Assembly: GCF_964355755.1 (NCBI RefSeq)
Contig: NC_092670.1
Coordinates: 37,250,388-37,314,387, forward strand
Origin: Antedon mediterranea
Lineage: Eukaryota > Animalia > Echinodermata
Direction: 5' to 3'
Length of the DNA: 64,000 nt
Position numbers and translations under genes: made by a program. The notes under the pieces were generated by a model. The model saw only the letters and a program-made list of their open reading frames with translations. It searched no databases and was not told the origin of the DNA. Position 1 is the first letter of the stretch. Each line of letters begins with the position of its first letter. This document shows positions 51,684-64,000 of this stretch, in pieces.

Positions 51684-54600
51684 TTAAATATCAATGATGA
51701 CATGTATATCATTGGTCGTTCGATCAGTATGAATTTGCATATTCGAATAAGTTATTGCCTTCACTTCTGTTCCCTGAAAGAATTGTAAAAGAGTTTGTGA
51801 CAGAGCTGCAGGCAGAAACTATGGAAAAACCTAGTTGTAAAAGTTTAGGTCTCCGACTAAAATAATAATAAGTAGTACAGTATCATTGTATAGTGACGAT
51901 TTCAGTACATTCTAAGGGCTGCCATTGTTGCATATTATACTAGCCAACTTAATGGATTGGCTAGTAAAATAATGGTGGACACCATAACAACGATAAAGTA
52001 TTATAGTGAAGTCTCCCATTGTTTTCTTGACCTTAATATGACCTTATCGCTTAGTCCATTATATTTAGAGGGTTTTTAAATACCTACCTGAGGGTGTTTG
52101 CTAAGGTCAAAGGTTTCACCAAACCTGAAAAGATAAAAATATCAAATGCTGTAATCAAATCCGTCCTTGCTCAGCAGGTTTTCCATTCTTATCAATGAAA
52201 GTGATATATCTAACAATAACTGGTTCAAATAAACTGGTATTGTTTTGTGGCTATTTGAAACATTTAAGTCATAATTATACCCTATTGCTTGTATCTTGAA
52301 ATTTGTCTTGTCAAACTCCACTATTTGTACTTTCTGCAAAAACAAAATGTAAATAAAACGATTTAAGTATGTATATTCTCAGAATTTTCCCTGTTTATAC
52401 AGTACAGTACTTGATTACAGCGCTTAAAGACCCCTTCCCTGCAATTTTGGACGTTTTTTGGAAAATAATACATATATATCACTTTAAAAACATTAAACCA
52501 TGTCATTCCTTGTCTTAAATGTACGTTTTATGGTAAATTATGATAAAAAGTGAGAAACAATGCACTACCTAAGTAGCTCGCGGCGATCGACCTCTCGTGG
52601 ACGGTCTCAGGCCTAGCCTAGCTAGGCTTAGTTTTGTAGGCCTAGCTGGTAAACATCGGTAACGTACGAACATCGTACGCTAGCTATATACCTAGCCTGC
52701 TAGCCTGACGTTGTATAGTTGCTGCATTAATTGTCTTTCTATTTTTGCCAGACTCCGTTGATACAAATTGGGGAAAACCCGGTATTTTCGCTGAAAAGTT
52801 AGGAGTCTTCCATTTGTTTTGGCTTCACGATCGATCGAAAAGTGGGCGAATTACAGGTGAAAAACAACAATATCAATCCGCGCGCAATGCATTTTGGGAT
52901 TTATAGCGGGCCGCTATAATTATTAAAATCGATTTATTTTTCACATTTTTAACCGTTTAAAGACGAAAAAAGTTATCGCAATAGGACCATATAGTATTAT
53001 TTTTACATTAAATATAGTTTGTGATCTTAAATTAGATCTAAAAAACGTAGGGAATGGGGCTTTAAGTTTCTCTGTTTGCCAATGTATATATTCACTCCAT
53101 CCATGAGATGTGTTGTATTATATATCCCTTAAATTATTTTAATTGAAATGGATTACTTACCCTTGGTATAAAAAAAGGATCGGCGGAGAATAAGAACAAA
53201 AACTCATCCAGAAAATGGAAAAGCAAAGATAACAAATCATACCCTGTAAAAGAATTCAATTATTAATAAAGCTCTGTCTACACTATCAAATGTATATACT
53301 GATATAATGTATTGACACTACCATATATGGACATGATGATGTCATATCACTACCATATTTTGGCATGTCACAACCGTATTTGGGCACATCACACTTTTTT
53401 TTGTCAAACTAGTTTGATAGTGTAGACTTAAGAAACAATTTCTATTTTTATAAATAATTAAAATATAAATATACAGTGTAATGTCCAATTATCCATTACT
53501 GTTTTCATCTTATTAGATCTCGTCAGTGCAGCTACAGTTTAAAAATATTAAATGCAATATATATTATACAATTGTATTTATAATGTTTAGGTTTAACAAG
53601 ACTTAAAGATCTACTTATTTGGCTGTGTCTTTGATGCATCATGTCTGTCAATAATTTGAGAGAATTGTACCTTCTGCCTCAATGGACTTGCTCTGCTTAA
53701 CCTCTACTGTATCAATCTCCGTCATGTATCCGAACATTGCCATTGCAACCTAAAACAAATCTTAACATTTGTTACAATGAACTGTGATTATATTTGTATA
53801 GGACATTATACCAAAGTATTAGTTTCCAGGAATGTTTTCCGCTTGTCTGTAACTGTGTGCTTTCCATAGTTAGGGGTCTGGTCTACCATAAGTGTAAATT
53901 GCATGTAGATGTACAGTATTGGGTTCGAATCCCATGAGTCACTTCTTTTTACTTTATAGTGAGAGAGATTATTTAGAGGGTTAGGTTAAGTTATATTTAG
54001 GAAGCAGTTCGATATTTCTAATAAAATGTTCATTATACCAATGTGAAAAGATTTACCTGTTCAAAGGATTCTTCAAGTGAATCTCCCCCTATATGTTATG
54101 GGTTAAGTTTATAACTTTACATACTTTTTCATTATCTAATTTTTGCTCAGCAATTTTCAGGCATTTAGTATTTTATTTTTAAATTTTATATCGCACATTT
54201 ATCAGATGAAAGAGAGCTTTCCATTTGCGATGACCTAGGAATATAGTTCAGTACATTGCATACATATAGATTCATTGACTACTAGGTCTAAGCAACGACC
54301 AGGTCATCGCAAATCGATAGCCCCCTCTATTGATTTTCTCAAATATAGAACACTGTTAAACCATGGAGGTATTATTTTATACCTCCATGGTTAAACCCTG
54401 TTTCCATAGCTGTAATCCAATGAAGTGTCTGCTTTAAAAAGGATACACGAGTGTAGTCTGTAAGAAAATTAAAATTAGGTTGATCAAAAACAATAAAATA
54501 CTAGGCGGCATAACTAGGCCTGTTTTTATTTATTAATCTAGGCCTAATGGCGCTAGTTAGTAGTACTGTAGTGTCGGTAGGCTATTTGTTCTGCTGTGGG

Positions 54601-55266
54601 CAGCCATGACAAAATGAGTTTTTTTGTTTACTTACTGGACATCTGCTGTGTGATCTAAATCTATAAACAAAAAATGTTAAAAGTGTTAATTTTGTATGAT
54701 TCTGTAACTTAATTAATTTAAATAATGAATGATTCCGATTCAGTAATCTTCAGCTGCGGCTGGTTTGTTTCGCTACATTGTCTGAAACAGCCTATCTATG
54801 ACCTAGGCTACCCCATTTATATTTTATCGGCTTTGATTTTTATAAGCAGACTTTTTTTCCCAAACCTTGTCTTCAGAGAGACTATGAGTTTTATGACTCT
54901 ATGAATATGATAAATCGGTTATGCAATAAAATATTTGTAAACAATCAAATCTGTTGGCCGTTTGGAGAATTCACGAAAAAACTAAGTTTTCAAAAAATAA
55001 TTGCATATAAAATTACATTTTTTGTAATTTATTTTATATATTATATCAACATTGGCAATATCGATACAATTATGTTTATTTGGGCCGAATCGTCTCACCT
55101 GCCCGAATCGTCCCGGCTCGGGCGGCGCGCGGCCTAGTAAAGAGAACACAAAAGGGAGGGCTAGGCCTAGGCTAACATACTCACATTCATATTTGCGTTT
55201 TGGATATTGTTCCGATTTTTCTAGTTTATTCACATTTGAACCCAGTGGTTCTGCAACGCCTGCCAT
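51684..55266 (-). CDS. ZBTB8OS: Protein archease (RtcB tRNA-ligase cofactor), 163 aa
   Basis: 9 exons: 55266-55185, 54660-54636, 54457-54447, 54088-54057, 53749-53671, 53243-53161, 52333-52281, 52124-52088, 51773-51684. They give [65 protein letters not shown]..VIIDI*. Confidence 0.95.
52428..53061. mobile_element. Non-autonomous TTAA-flanked DNA transposon (Kolobok-like) in an archease intron
   Basis: TTAA-AGACCCCTTCCCTGC ... GTAGGGAATGGGGCT-TTAA imperfect TIRs; CpG-richer interior. Confidence 0.7.
53270..53427. mobile_element. AGCTCTGTCTACAC MITE copy
   Basis: Left TIR intact; right TIR to ..GTGTAGAC. Confidence 0.85.
54089..54446 (-). other. U12-type (minor spliceosome) GT-AG intron of archease
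   Basis: 5' site GTATCCTTT; branch site CTTAAC about a dozen nt before the AG; no polypyrimidine tract. Confidence 0.85.
54362..54389. mobile_element. 28-bp CATGGAG...CTCCATG hairpin with 7-bp TSD GTTAAAC
   Basis: GTTAAAC-CATGGAGGTATTATTTTATACCTCCATG-GTTAAAC. Confidence 0.7.
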
Positions 55267-56796
55267 ACTTATCTGCCCTCCTTCAAGTAAATAAATACAT
55301 GTCAAGAAACAAAAGTTATTTAATTATTTCTGTCGCGCACGCTGTTTCACAACATTTTGCAATGTATGAATAGTTTTACAACTATGGGACGACAGAGGTG
55401 CCATTTGAAATTTGTGTAGCCTAACTTTTCGTGTGAAGCAGATGTTCCAATAGTTGTAACTGCAAATGCTACCGGCAAATTACACAGTTGCAGTACAGTA
55501 TATTTATTGTATATAGACAAGACAACAAAGTAACATTTCCGTTCTTATTTTACATAAAATAAAGAGTAAACAGGTAATATAAAATTGATCTTAATTTCAT
55601 TTTAATTTGGATCTTTAAAGAATTAAAAAGGCATGATAAAAACGTCATTTCAAGATAAATTAACCGAACTACTAAAAGCGGTCATTTTTACCACGTCTAC
55701 TGCCAGGAGACCTGGGATTGTGATTTATAAATCTAGATATTATTTATTTTTTTATCCCTTGCGTTGCATCTCAATGAAGCCTGAAACCACGCCTATTGGC
55801 GTTAAAAACATTCCTGAACAATCCTGTTGGCGCCTCAATTTAATTTCACAGCGCTAAGACAAAGGAAAATCCCGTCAAACACCTGATTTCTGCTTCACTG
55901 AAATTTTTGTTATGAACAAGTAGGCCTAACTGGACCGCCCCTGAGAGAAGCTTGCTTATGTGTTCACCCCATGTGCACCTTATATAGGCCTACCCAGCGG
56001 CCTCCCTTGCTCACATATTGGGTGAGATATATGTCAAGGTCATAGATTATCTAGTCATGTTTTTTATCCGGGTGAGCGACAGGACAACAATCTTCACAAT
56101 TTACGTTGAAAAACAACGATATGTTGTCGCCTTGAAAATTATATTTTTTTCTACATTTTTTGTGAGGCAATATGTTCCATTTTAATGTCACATAATTGGA
56201 ATGTATTTATCTAAACTGTAATTTAAAACAATAAATATCCGTTAGCAATTCTTAATCAGATGTTTATTTGTAATCTACATACTATAACCATTTATATTGA
56301 ATAAACAGGCTATTTTAAAGCCAAATTGCGTTGGAATTAATATTGTTATGAATTATGAATTATTTATAATTTAATTATAACATATCGAATACAAATCATT
56401 TAGGAAACGAAGGTATCTTTATAAATCGTATGATCTGTACTAACATTGGATCACCACCAGGATGTGTTTAACACCCCCCCCCCCCCCCCCCTTATTTATA
56501 CTCTCCACCAATCACTGTAAGTCGATAATTAATAACATATTAACACTTAACACTTAAAATAATATGCCGATGACACCGCCATGAGTTGGCCTATTAAAGA
56601 GTAGAGTGTGAAACAGAATATCATTATGAGATTAATGCAATTGGTGTAGGTCTAAGGTAAATTACCTCTGCTAAATGAAAAGAAAAGCAAAGAAATAATT
56701 GATTTTCGAAAGAACTTCACTTCACTGGCGAAATGAGCGAAAACCAGATTACAAATGTATATACTATAGCGGGCCGGATCACTTATTTAGTTAACC

Positions 56797-56821
56797 CATG
56801 GAGCTATTTAATAGCTCCATG
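56797..56821. mobile_element. 25-bp CATGGAG...CTCCATG hairpin with 7-bp TSD GTTAACC
   Basis: GTTAACC-CATGGAGCTATTTAATAGCTCCATG-GTTAACC. Confidence 0.7.
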
Positions 56822-57645
56822 GTTAACCTATGTAACAAACTTATAGTTACCGTACTAAGGCCACGAAAATATGTGAAGATTTAAATGATCCTTTATATTA
56901 TATGGGGCCTATACTATATAAAATGAGATCAAAAAATGACTTAACTTGCTGAGACCATGCAATAGTCTGACAAAGAGATATTTGTATTCATTTGTACCGT
57001 CGTATTCCATCAGATTTGGACGTATAATGTTGTCTGTATATACCATTTTGATGTTTTATATTTTAGTAAAATGTGTTTTAACCTAATGTTTTATATATTT
57101 TTATATTCTATGAAATTACACTTGAATAATATTCAAGTGTAAAATATATTATATTTTCCTTTTTACTGAGGATGAAATAAAATAAATTGAGACTGATTTA
57201 AGCAAGATATATGGACGAACAAAAAAAAACAGCAAAAGATAATGATTACAAGAAATTAATGGAAATTTTAATTTAAGAAAGAAACTTAATAATAATAGCA
57301 CAATACTGTATTATTATCGTTCTACATAGGCATACAGAGAGGAGACAGTTTGTCTCTGCTTAAATATGATAGTATATTAATAGTATCCTGTAGAGTTCAA
57401 ATTGGAAATGTAAACAATTTCAGACATGAACTAATTAATAAATTAATCTGTTAATATCTAAAAAAGATCATACTCAATTTACCAAAAAATGTCAGATTTT
57501 TTAAATAAACAGCTCCCTCAATGTATTAAATAATCAGTGACGCTATCTCTTCACCACCGCCTATTGCTAAAATGATAAATCAAGAGAGCAGACAATTGAC
57601 AGACAGACAGACAGACAGTAAAGTGGTGGATCTTGTTGAATTATA

Positions 57646-60600
57646 ATGTATACAAATTCACATCGAGGTTTAGCTTTGGTTGTAGCCGGTTTCTTTCTAA
57701 ATTTGTGTGCGCTAGGAATCGCATTAAATTACAACATTCTTCATCTGAGGCTGCAAGAACAATTTAATGCAACGGCTAGTGAGATTGGTACTGTATTATT
57801 TTATTCATTGTTATTTTTAGCCTTCATGATTTTTTCTTCATTCAAAAGAACTTTATCAACTTTGCTGCTCCTCGGTTTATTGATTTTATGCTTTGTCGAT
57901 CTTTTGAGGAAAGAAAAAATGGAAAGAAGTAATATATTTGTTTAGTGACGCATATAAACCAGGGCTCTTCTCCATTTAAAATCCGAAAAAAATGTGAATA
58001 ATATTTTTCTGGTTGTTGATTCTCGAAACCTAAAAAATTCTCAGAAGCAATTACTGAAACGAAGAATTGTTGTTCCACTCTGGAATATTAATAAATAATA
58101 ACTAACTGATAATTTACCATTATCATAACAAACTAGTTAGGCATACTTAAAGTGTGGGGGACTGCAGTAGAGGCATAGATTGGAATGGTGTATTATAACT
58201 GATTTATTGCCAACAAACAACATAAACATATCATTGACAAAAGGTGATAAAATATAGCTAAAGGAAACTACTCAAAGCTTAACACCAACTTGCATAAGAA
58301 ATAATATAATAATATTATTATTGCACAAACTACCAATCAACATCAGACAAACTCTCGGCTAGAATGTAGGAACCAAATCAATCGTGCAACAGAGAGGGGA
58401 AGATTTATAATCACCACCGTTAATCAAATTATTAAATATCAAATTAAATCAAATAGAATATTAATTTGATATTTAATAATTTGATTATTTGTCACTTCTT
58501 AATTTTAAATTGGTTCCCACCTAAATCAAACTCTTTAAAACATATAAATACGAAACTTATATTGCAGGTACTGCTGGTGGAGTTGCTGTTGGTCTTTTCA
58601 ATATTGCCTCCCCACTCACAACGTTTCTCTGTCAAGTGTGTAGCCCTCGGCATGTCGTAATCGTCGGAGTCGTCATGTGCGGATCAAGTCTCATCGTGTC
58701 TACCTTTTTGTCGCAGGCCAAAATTTTGATTTTCTCCTACGGAGTATTGTTTGGTTTAGGATCAAGTTTTGTACACATTCCTCCACTCTATCTACTGGTC
58801 TTCTACTTCTCTGGAAAGCGTTACAACCGAGCATGCGTTGCTGTTGTCACAGGAATAGGAGCAGGTAACTACATCCGGACATTATTCTGAAATATTTGAA
58901 ATTTGTTTATTTAAATAGAAATCTTTTCATTTTATTCATTTATCAGGTGTTGCTATAACTTCGCCTTTACTGGAAAAATGCTTTTCGATTTATGGAATGT
59001 TCAACACTTTACGAGTGTACGGTGCATGCACAATATTCATCGGATTGGCGGCGTCATTAGCAATGGCAAAACCAACATTGACACAATATACAAAGGTGCA
59101 ATCAAACACTAAAGATGATCAGGTTAGGCCAGCTATATCTAACGAAATAAACTGCTCAGTGTCAACAGAGTTGAAGTCGAAACAAGATCAGAAAACAGAA
59201 ACATGTAAATATAAAGAATTAACATTCTGCGAGGAGAAAACTTGCAAACTAATCTTGTTAGAGACGGGAAAGCCATCATTGAAACAAAATTGCAACGTTT
59301 CAATCTCAAACACCAACGACGACCAGGTTAGAAATAACGAAATTAACCATCCAGTGTCAACAGAGTTGCTGGAAGCAATACAAGCAAATAATGATGCTGA
59401 AATTAATAAAGATGACGAATTGAATTTCAGCATAGAGAAAACTAGCAAAATAATCTTGTTAAAGACAATGTTAAGGAGTTCTAATTTTTGGATATGTCAG
59501 CCGATGTTTCTTCTTTATTCAATTGGAATCACATTCAGTTTTGTGGGTGCGGTAAGTATTGTCACTGCTATTACCGGTACGTAAGTAAATTAAACATACA
59601 TAGGTCCTAGCGCCCTATATGTTTTTTTTTTGTTCTTACAGGCGAACTTTATGGATGAGAAAGGTATATCTTCAGAAGAAATTGCGCGCACATTGAGTTT
59701 CATGGGATTTGGGAGTCTGATTACGCGCGTAGTTTTCGTGGTCATCGCAAGTTGTCTGCCAGTTTCGATCACATTCATTATTTCGATTTCGAATCTTCTT
59801 CTCTGTGTTCTTTCAATTTTTCTGACCCTTGACATTTCGAACACGTGTGTGACTGTGTTATTTATAGGTAAATTTATATAGGTTACATGACATGACATGA
59901 CATGAAACGAACAGAAGATGAACGTGATGTCGACGAAAAATGACTATTTTATGGCAATAATTAAGTTGACGACGACTAGTGGTGGTAATGACATGTATAG
60001 GCCTATATATTCACTCTATTATAATATAATAATCCATATAAAATGATTAACATATCGTGGCCAGAGGCCAAATTGTAAGTAATTCTACAAATATACACAA
60101 AATCTCACTAAAACACAGTCATAATCTCTAAAATTTAATATTGCGAAAAAAAAAACAAAAGAATCGCTGACACGAAGATAAGCCGGGAGCTTTTCTAAAT
60201 CTAAGAAAGGGAGCTGACAGTTAATGGTGGAGAATTTATGATTTATATAAAATTGGCAATACCGATAGTTTGAAAAAGGTCTTAAATATATGAACATTAC
60301 ATTGATTTATTATTAACAGAATTAGCAATTGACTTATAATCTGCGAATGCCCACACTCGTGGCTGTGAATACCGTTGAATTTTTTAACACGATTACTGTA
60401 CTAAAATAAAATAATAGATTTATGCTTAACTACTGTATTTCCCTCTTAATCGCATTTCTAACTAAGCCTCTTCCATTCAACTTTATTGAAGGTAACTTGT
60501 CTCTTGTCAATGAGATCTCTCGATCGCATCAAGGCGTGGGTAACCCAGGGCTTATCAGAATTACGTATTTTAACAGTTTTAATATAGAAAACAATTTATC

Positions 60601-61741
60601 AACAGCAAATTAAAGTAGTTCATACAACTTGCCCATTTTAGATTGGGTGGTTAGACCCGGTGGTATTGGAACAGTCTCATATTAGAAATCTATCAGCCAA
60701 AGTTAAATATTCTAGTGACAGATTATAATGACAATAACCAAAGTGTGACATAAACATTTTAAAGATAATAATAATAATAACTTTATTTGGATTGACGCTT
60801 TTGCAATAGCGGCACAAACCAATCGGTAGTGCATCCTAACAGTAATTATAAAAACATCAAAATCAATATCAAAAGTATAGAATTTAACAAAATACAATCA
60901 AAATGCATGAACAAGAAAAAAGAATTACAAAATTACAGTAATTACGTTTTGTTACTGGTAGAGCGAAAACTATGAATCTCATTTGATGCCCGTGTTGTCA
61001 ATTCTGTCTGCAGGTCTCAGTGTACCGAGGGATCTCTGCTTGGTACTTGTACTGCCCATCTGCGTCGAATTGTTTGGGAAAAATATATCGATGGAGGCTT
61101 ATTCGGTGGCTTACTGTTTCTTTGGTGTAGGGGCATTTGTGAGCCAAGGTCTAACAGGTAAATAAATTTACAGTATGCCCTACTCCTTATTTATTATTAT
61201 GTATACATATCATGTTATAACATTTATTATATATACTTTTTGAATTATTTTTTTCTGATGGAACTAGCATTAAAGCCCTATGGGCTTATTTAAGTTTCTC
61301 CAGCATAAGTCCATTCTTTTTTAAACAAAAATCTCATGTTATTACACAATGATGCATCTTATGAAAATAAAATTGAATATTACAAAAACTGATATACCTT
61401 ATTAGGCATTTGGGGGTTTTTAAAAATATTCTTCGAAAATAACTGCTGAACCTCCTAAGGACGATCATAGCATACTGATCAAAAAGTTTAAAAACTCAAC
61501 AGTCCAGAGACCTATTACGTGGTTGTACTTTGAACTTGATACCATTAATTATATTGATTTGTGCAGCAAACCAAAATTAATTATATTTACCTTTCATCTT
61601 CTCTTTTTAGATGCCTTGTACAATCTAACTGGGTCGTACGATACGGCCCTATATGCATATGGTGTACTCTACTTTGTATGTGGACTTTCGTTTGGTGTTA
61701 CTGTTTTGAAGTTGAGGAAAATGAAGCAAAGACAGAAATAA
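57646..61741 (+). CDS. Monocarboxylate transporter-like (SLC16/MFS) protein, ~514 aa
   Basis: Exons 57646-57787, 58568-58864, 58947-59551, 59642-59867, 61014-61157 and 61611-61741 are in phase. Many hydrophobic helices; SLC16-like motifs SYGVLFGLGSSF, YFSGKR, VELFG, LYNLTGSYDTA. Confidence 0.85.
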
Positions 61742-62664
61742 CGATTTTATATATTTTTAAAACTGAAAAGTTCTTTATTCTTTAAAAAAACAAGCACGAA
61801 TGTGCGATACTCGGCGTACAGCAATAGAAGCTGTAATGACGCCATAAGACCGGATGTAACGTCACATACACATAAATAACCTCACTACCAAATACGGCTA
61901 TATGGTACCAGCTTCGAGACGTCATATGGCTGCATCCGGTTTGAAATTAAAAAATCCGGCTCTATAGCTTTGAGGACGTCCCTGTAGTATATTCATGCCA
62001 AATCCCAGCTCAATACTACAACGAATAAGGGAGGAGTAGTACTTTATAAATCGCACTTTTTACTCAATAGTGTCCAGATGGAGGAGGAGAAAAAGAGTCC
62101 TAGACTCGGGTACCCCGAGTAAAAAAATGTATACTCAATAAAATACCAGAAATAGAAAGGTATGGAAAAATTACATACAAAGATTTGTTTTTGTGAAGAA
62201 ATTGAAATTGTTAGTTTAGGATTAGGCCTATTCAAATTTACCCCTTCTTTTGCATGTAAAAGAATAGGAAATTACAAGTCGCGAAAAGGCTAGAAAATCG
62301 TACATATTGAAAACAAATATAAACAAATATGAGGTATGAGGGATGATTGAAATGTATGAAAAAGAGACATTTTCTGGATGGAGCACCACTTTAACCTATC
62401 CTAGAAAATTCAATACTGTTGCTTTCAGATTTTTAAACAGCTCCCTCATGCGATGTATACAATCAGTGGCGCGTATCTACTTTCGACCACTGTTGTTGTG
62501 GGATGATGAAAAAAACAGATAGTTACTGGTTGAACAAAATTCATTATGATGACGTAGTATGTATTTAGGCATGCGTAGAAGAAGTCCTGGGTTGGAGGTA
62601 TACCACCTTGAACAATAGACAAAGCGACAATGTAAATTATGTAATACTGAAGCACGAATGATTC

Positions 62665-62815
62665 ATGAACACGATGTTTACAAATTCACATAGAGGTTTA
62701 GCTTTGGTTGTTGCTGGTTTCTCTCTAAATTTGTCAGTGCTAGGAATCACATTAAATTACAACATTCTCCATCTGAAGCTGCAGGAACAATTTAATGCAA
62801 CGGCCAGTGAGACCG
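62665..62815 (+). CDS. First coding exon of a tandem SLC16-like paralogue (no further exon found; probably continues beyond the window)
   Basis: MFTNSHRGLALVVAGFSLNLSVLGITLNYNILHLKLQEQFNATASET is highly similar to the exon at 57646; same phase-1 donor (G|GTAAGT). Confidence 0.8.
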
Positions 62816-64000
62816 GTAAGTATGGTATGTTGTCTTGTCCAGGGAGGTAAAAATACATCCCTGATTGTCACATGTATGGCACGCCAGGACGGACATAAAA
62901 ACTATGTCAAGTTGACCTCGCACTTGTTATGTTGATGCATACTGACAACCTGACCTGAACATTTGCTATGTTATGTTAAATATATTTGTTTCAAAAAAAT
63001 AGTCGAAGTAGTAGGGATCCCCTGCCATGTGGTTGACATTACATGGTAAAACATGATCGCCTCGCTTGTTTGAGGGTTGATTGTGTCGGTATAATTAAGT
63101 CCTTTTAAAAGGGTGTCTCGAGGGAGGGTTCTATTCTATTGTATACAATGGCATCATGAAGTGAATGATGAAAGGTTATATTGCAACGAGGAATTTATTT
63201 AGGTGTTTTATATTATATTAATAATACTTTTTACAGGCTTAAATTACATTTGTACCAATAAATCAAGCAGTTTAATTTGAAAATTCTTTTCGGAAAAGCT
63301 GGCTAATATATCGTCACTTCCCCTACGGGGCGCCGTCCGACACACAAACCTATTCTGTCTTACAAAAACCAACATTAATTTTATCTTTTACAAACCATGG
63401 GTTTTGAAGGACAGAATATGTAGTGTGTCAGACGTCGCCCGGCATCCCCTTCTCCTCTTCTAAAAATCAGGGCCCCTCGTGTTTGACTGACTGTCATTGT
63501 ATCCCTACAAATCTGAATCGCAAATGGGGGATGTGGGAAGAGCAAAAGGTTCATTTTTTAGGCCTCTAGGCCTGACATTTTCAAAGTATAATTGCAATTT
63601 ATGAAGACCTGCAGCTCTAAGTGTTCTAGCTCAGCCTAACTTTAAGAGCTGGTCATGTAAACCTAATTTCGTTTCATATTTTAATGTACTGCAATTTCCG
63701 GGGACCCATCAGCCCTATTTTTTTCAAAATAGCTAAGCCCCAAACATAATAGTTAATACGGCTGGTCTCGAAGACCGTCTCATATGTTGATTCATATTAT
63801 ATCCAAGTATAGGCCTATAATCCAATTTCCGGGGATCTAGCAACTATATTTTTCAAAATGTTCTTATGTCCATCCCAACCATGGTGGGCTGATTCTGTAG
63901 ACTTATAATATCGTTTCATATATCAATTTATAAGTGCAGCTTTATTTTTCAAAATTTTCTTACAGATCAGTCCCGCATTTACAATTTTCGCCAGACAGCA

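Overview
AT-rich, intron-rich animal genomic DNA, probably from a marine invertebrate such as an echinoderm (inferred, not proven). It is not prokaryotic, and most ORF-track entries are spurious or single exons. Manual GT-AG exon assembly gives seven genes: (1) the 3' half of a Gln/Met/Gly-rich p160/NCOA (SRC/taiman)-like coactivator (+, 16140-24298, preceded by 16 kb with no coding exon found); (2) EFHC1 (-); (3) MRPL53 (-, missed by the ORF track); (4) a CLK/LAMMER kinase (+); (5) archease/ZBTB8OS (-), with an 11-nt micro-exon and a U12-type intron; (6) an SLC16/MCT-like transporter (+); (7) the first exon of its tandem paralogue. Introns carry many MITEs, SINEs, an RTE fragment and minisatellites. 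The top finding is the CLK stop context: UGA-CUAG followed by a hairpin, 18 open codons, a second leaky-context stop UGA-CAA-CUA, then 38 more open codons. This is a candidate programmed double readthrough in a kinase that also keeps the frame-shifting autoregulatory exon and has altered APE and LAMMER motifs. Three 23-28 bp CATGGAG...CT(C/A)CATG hairpins with 7-bp TSDs look like P-superfamily footprints.
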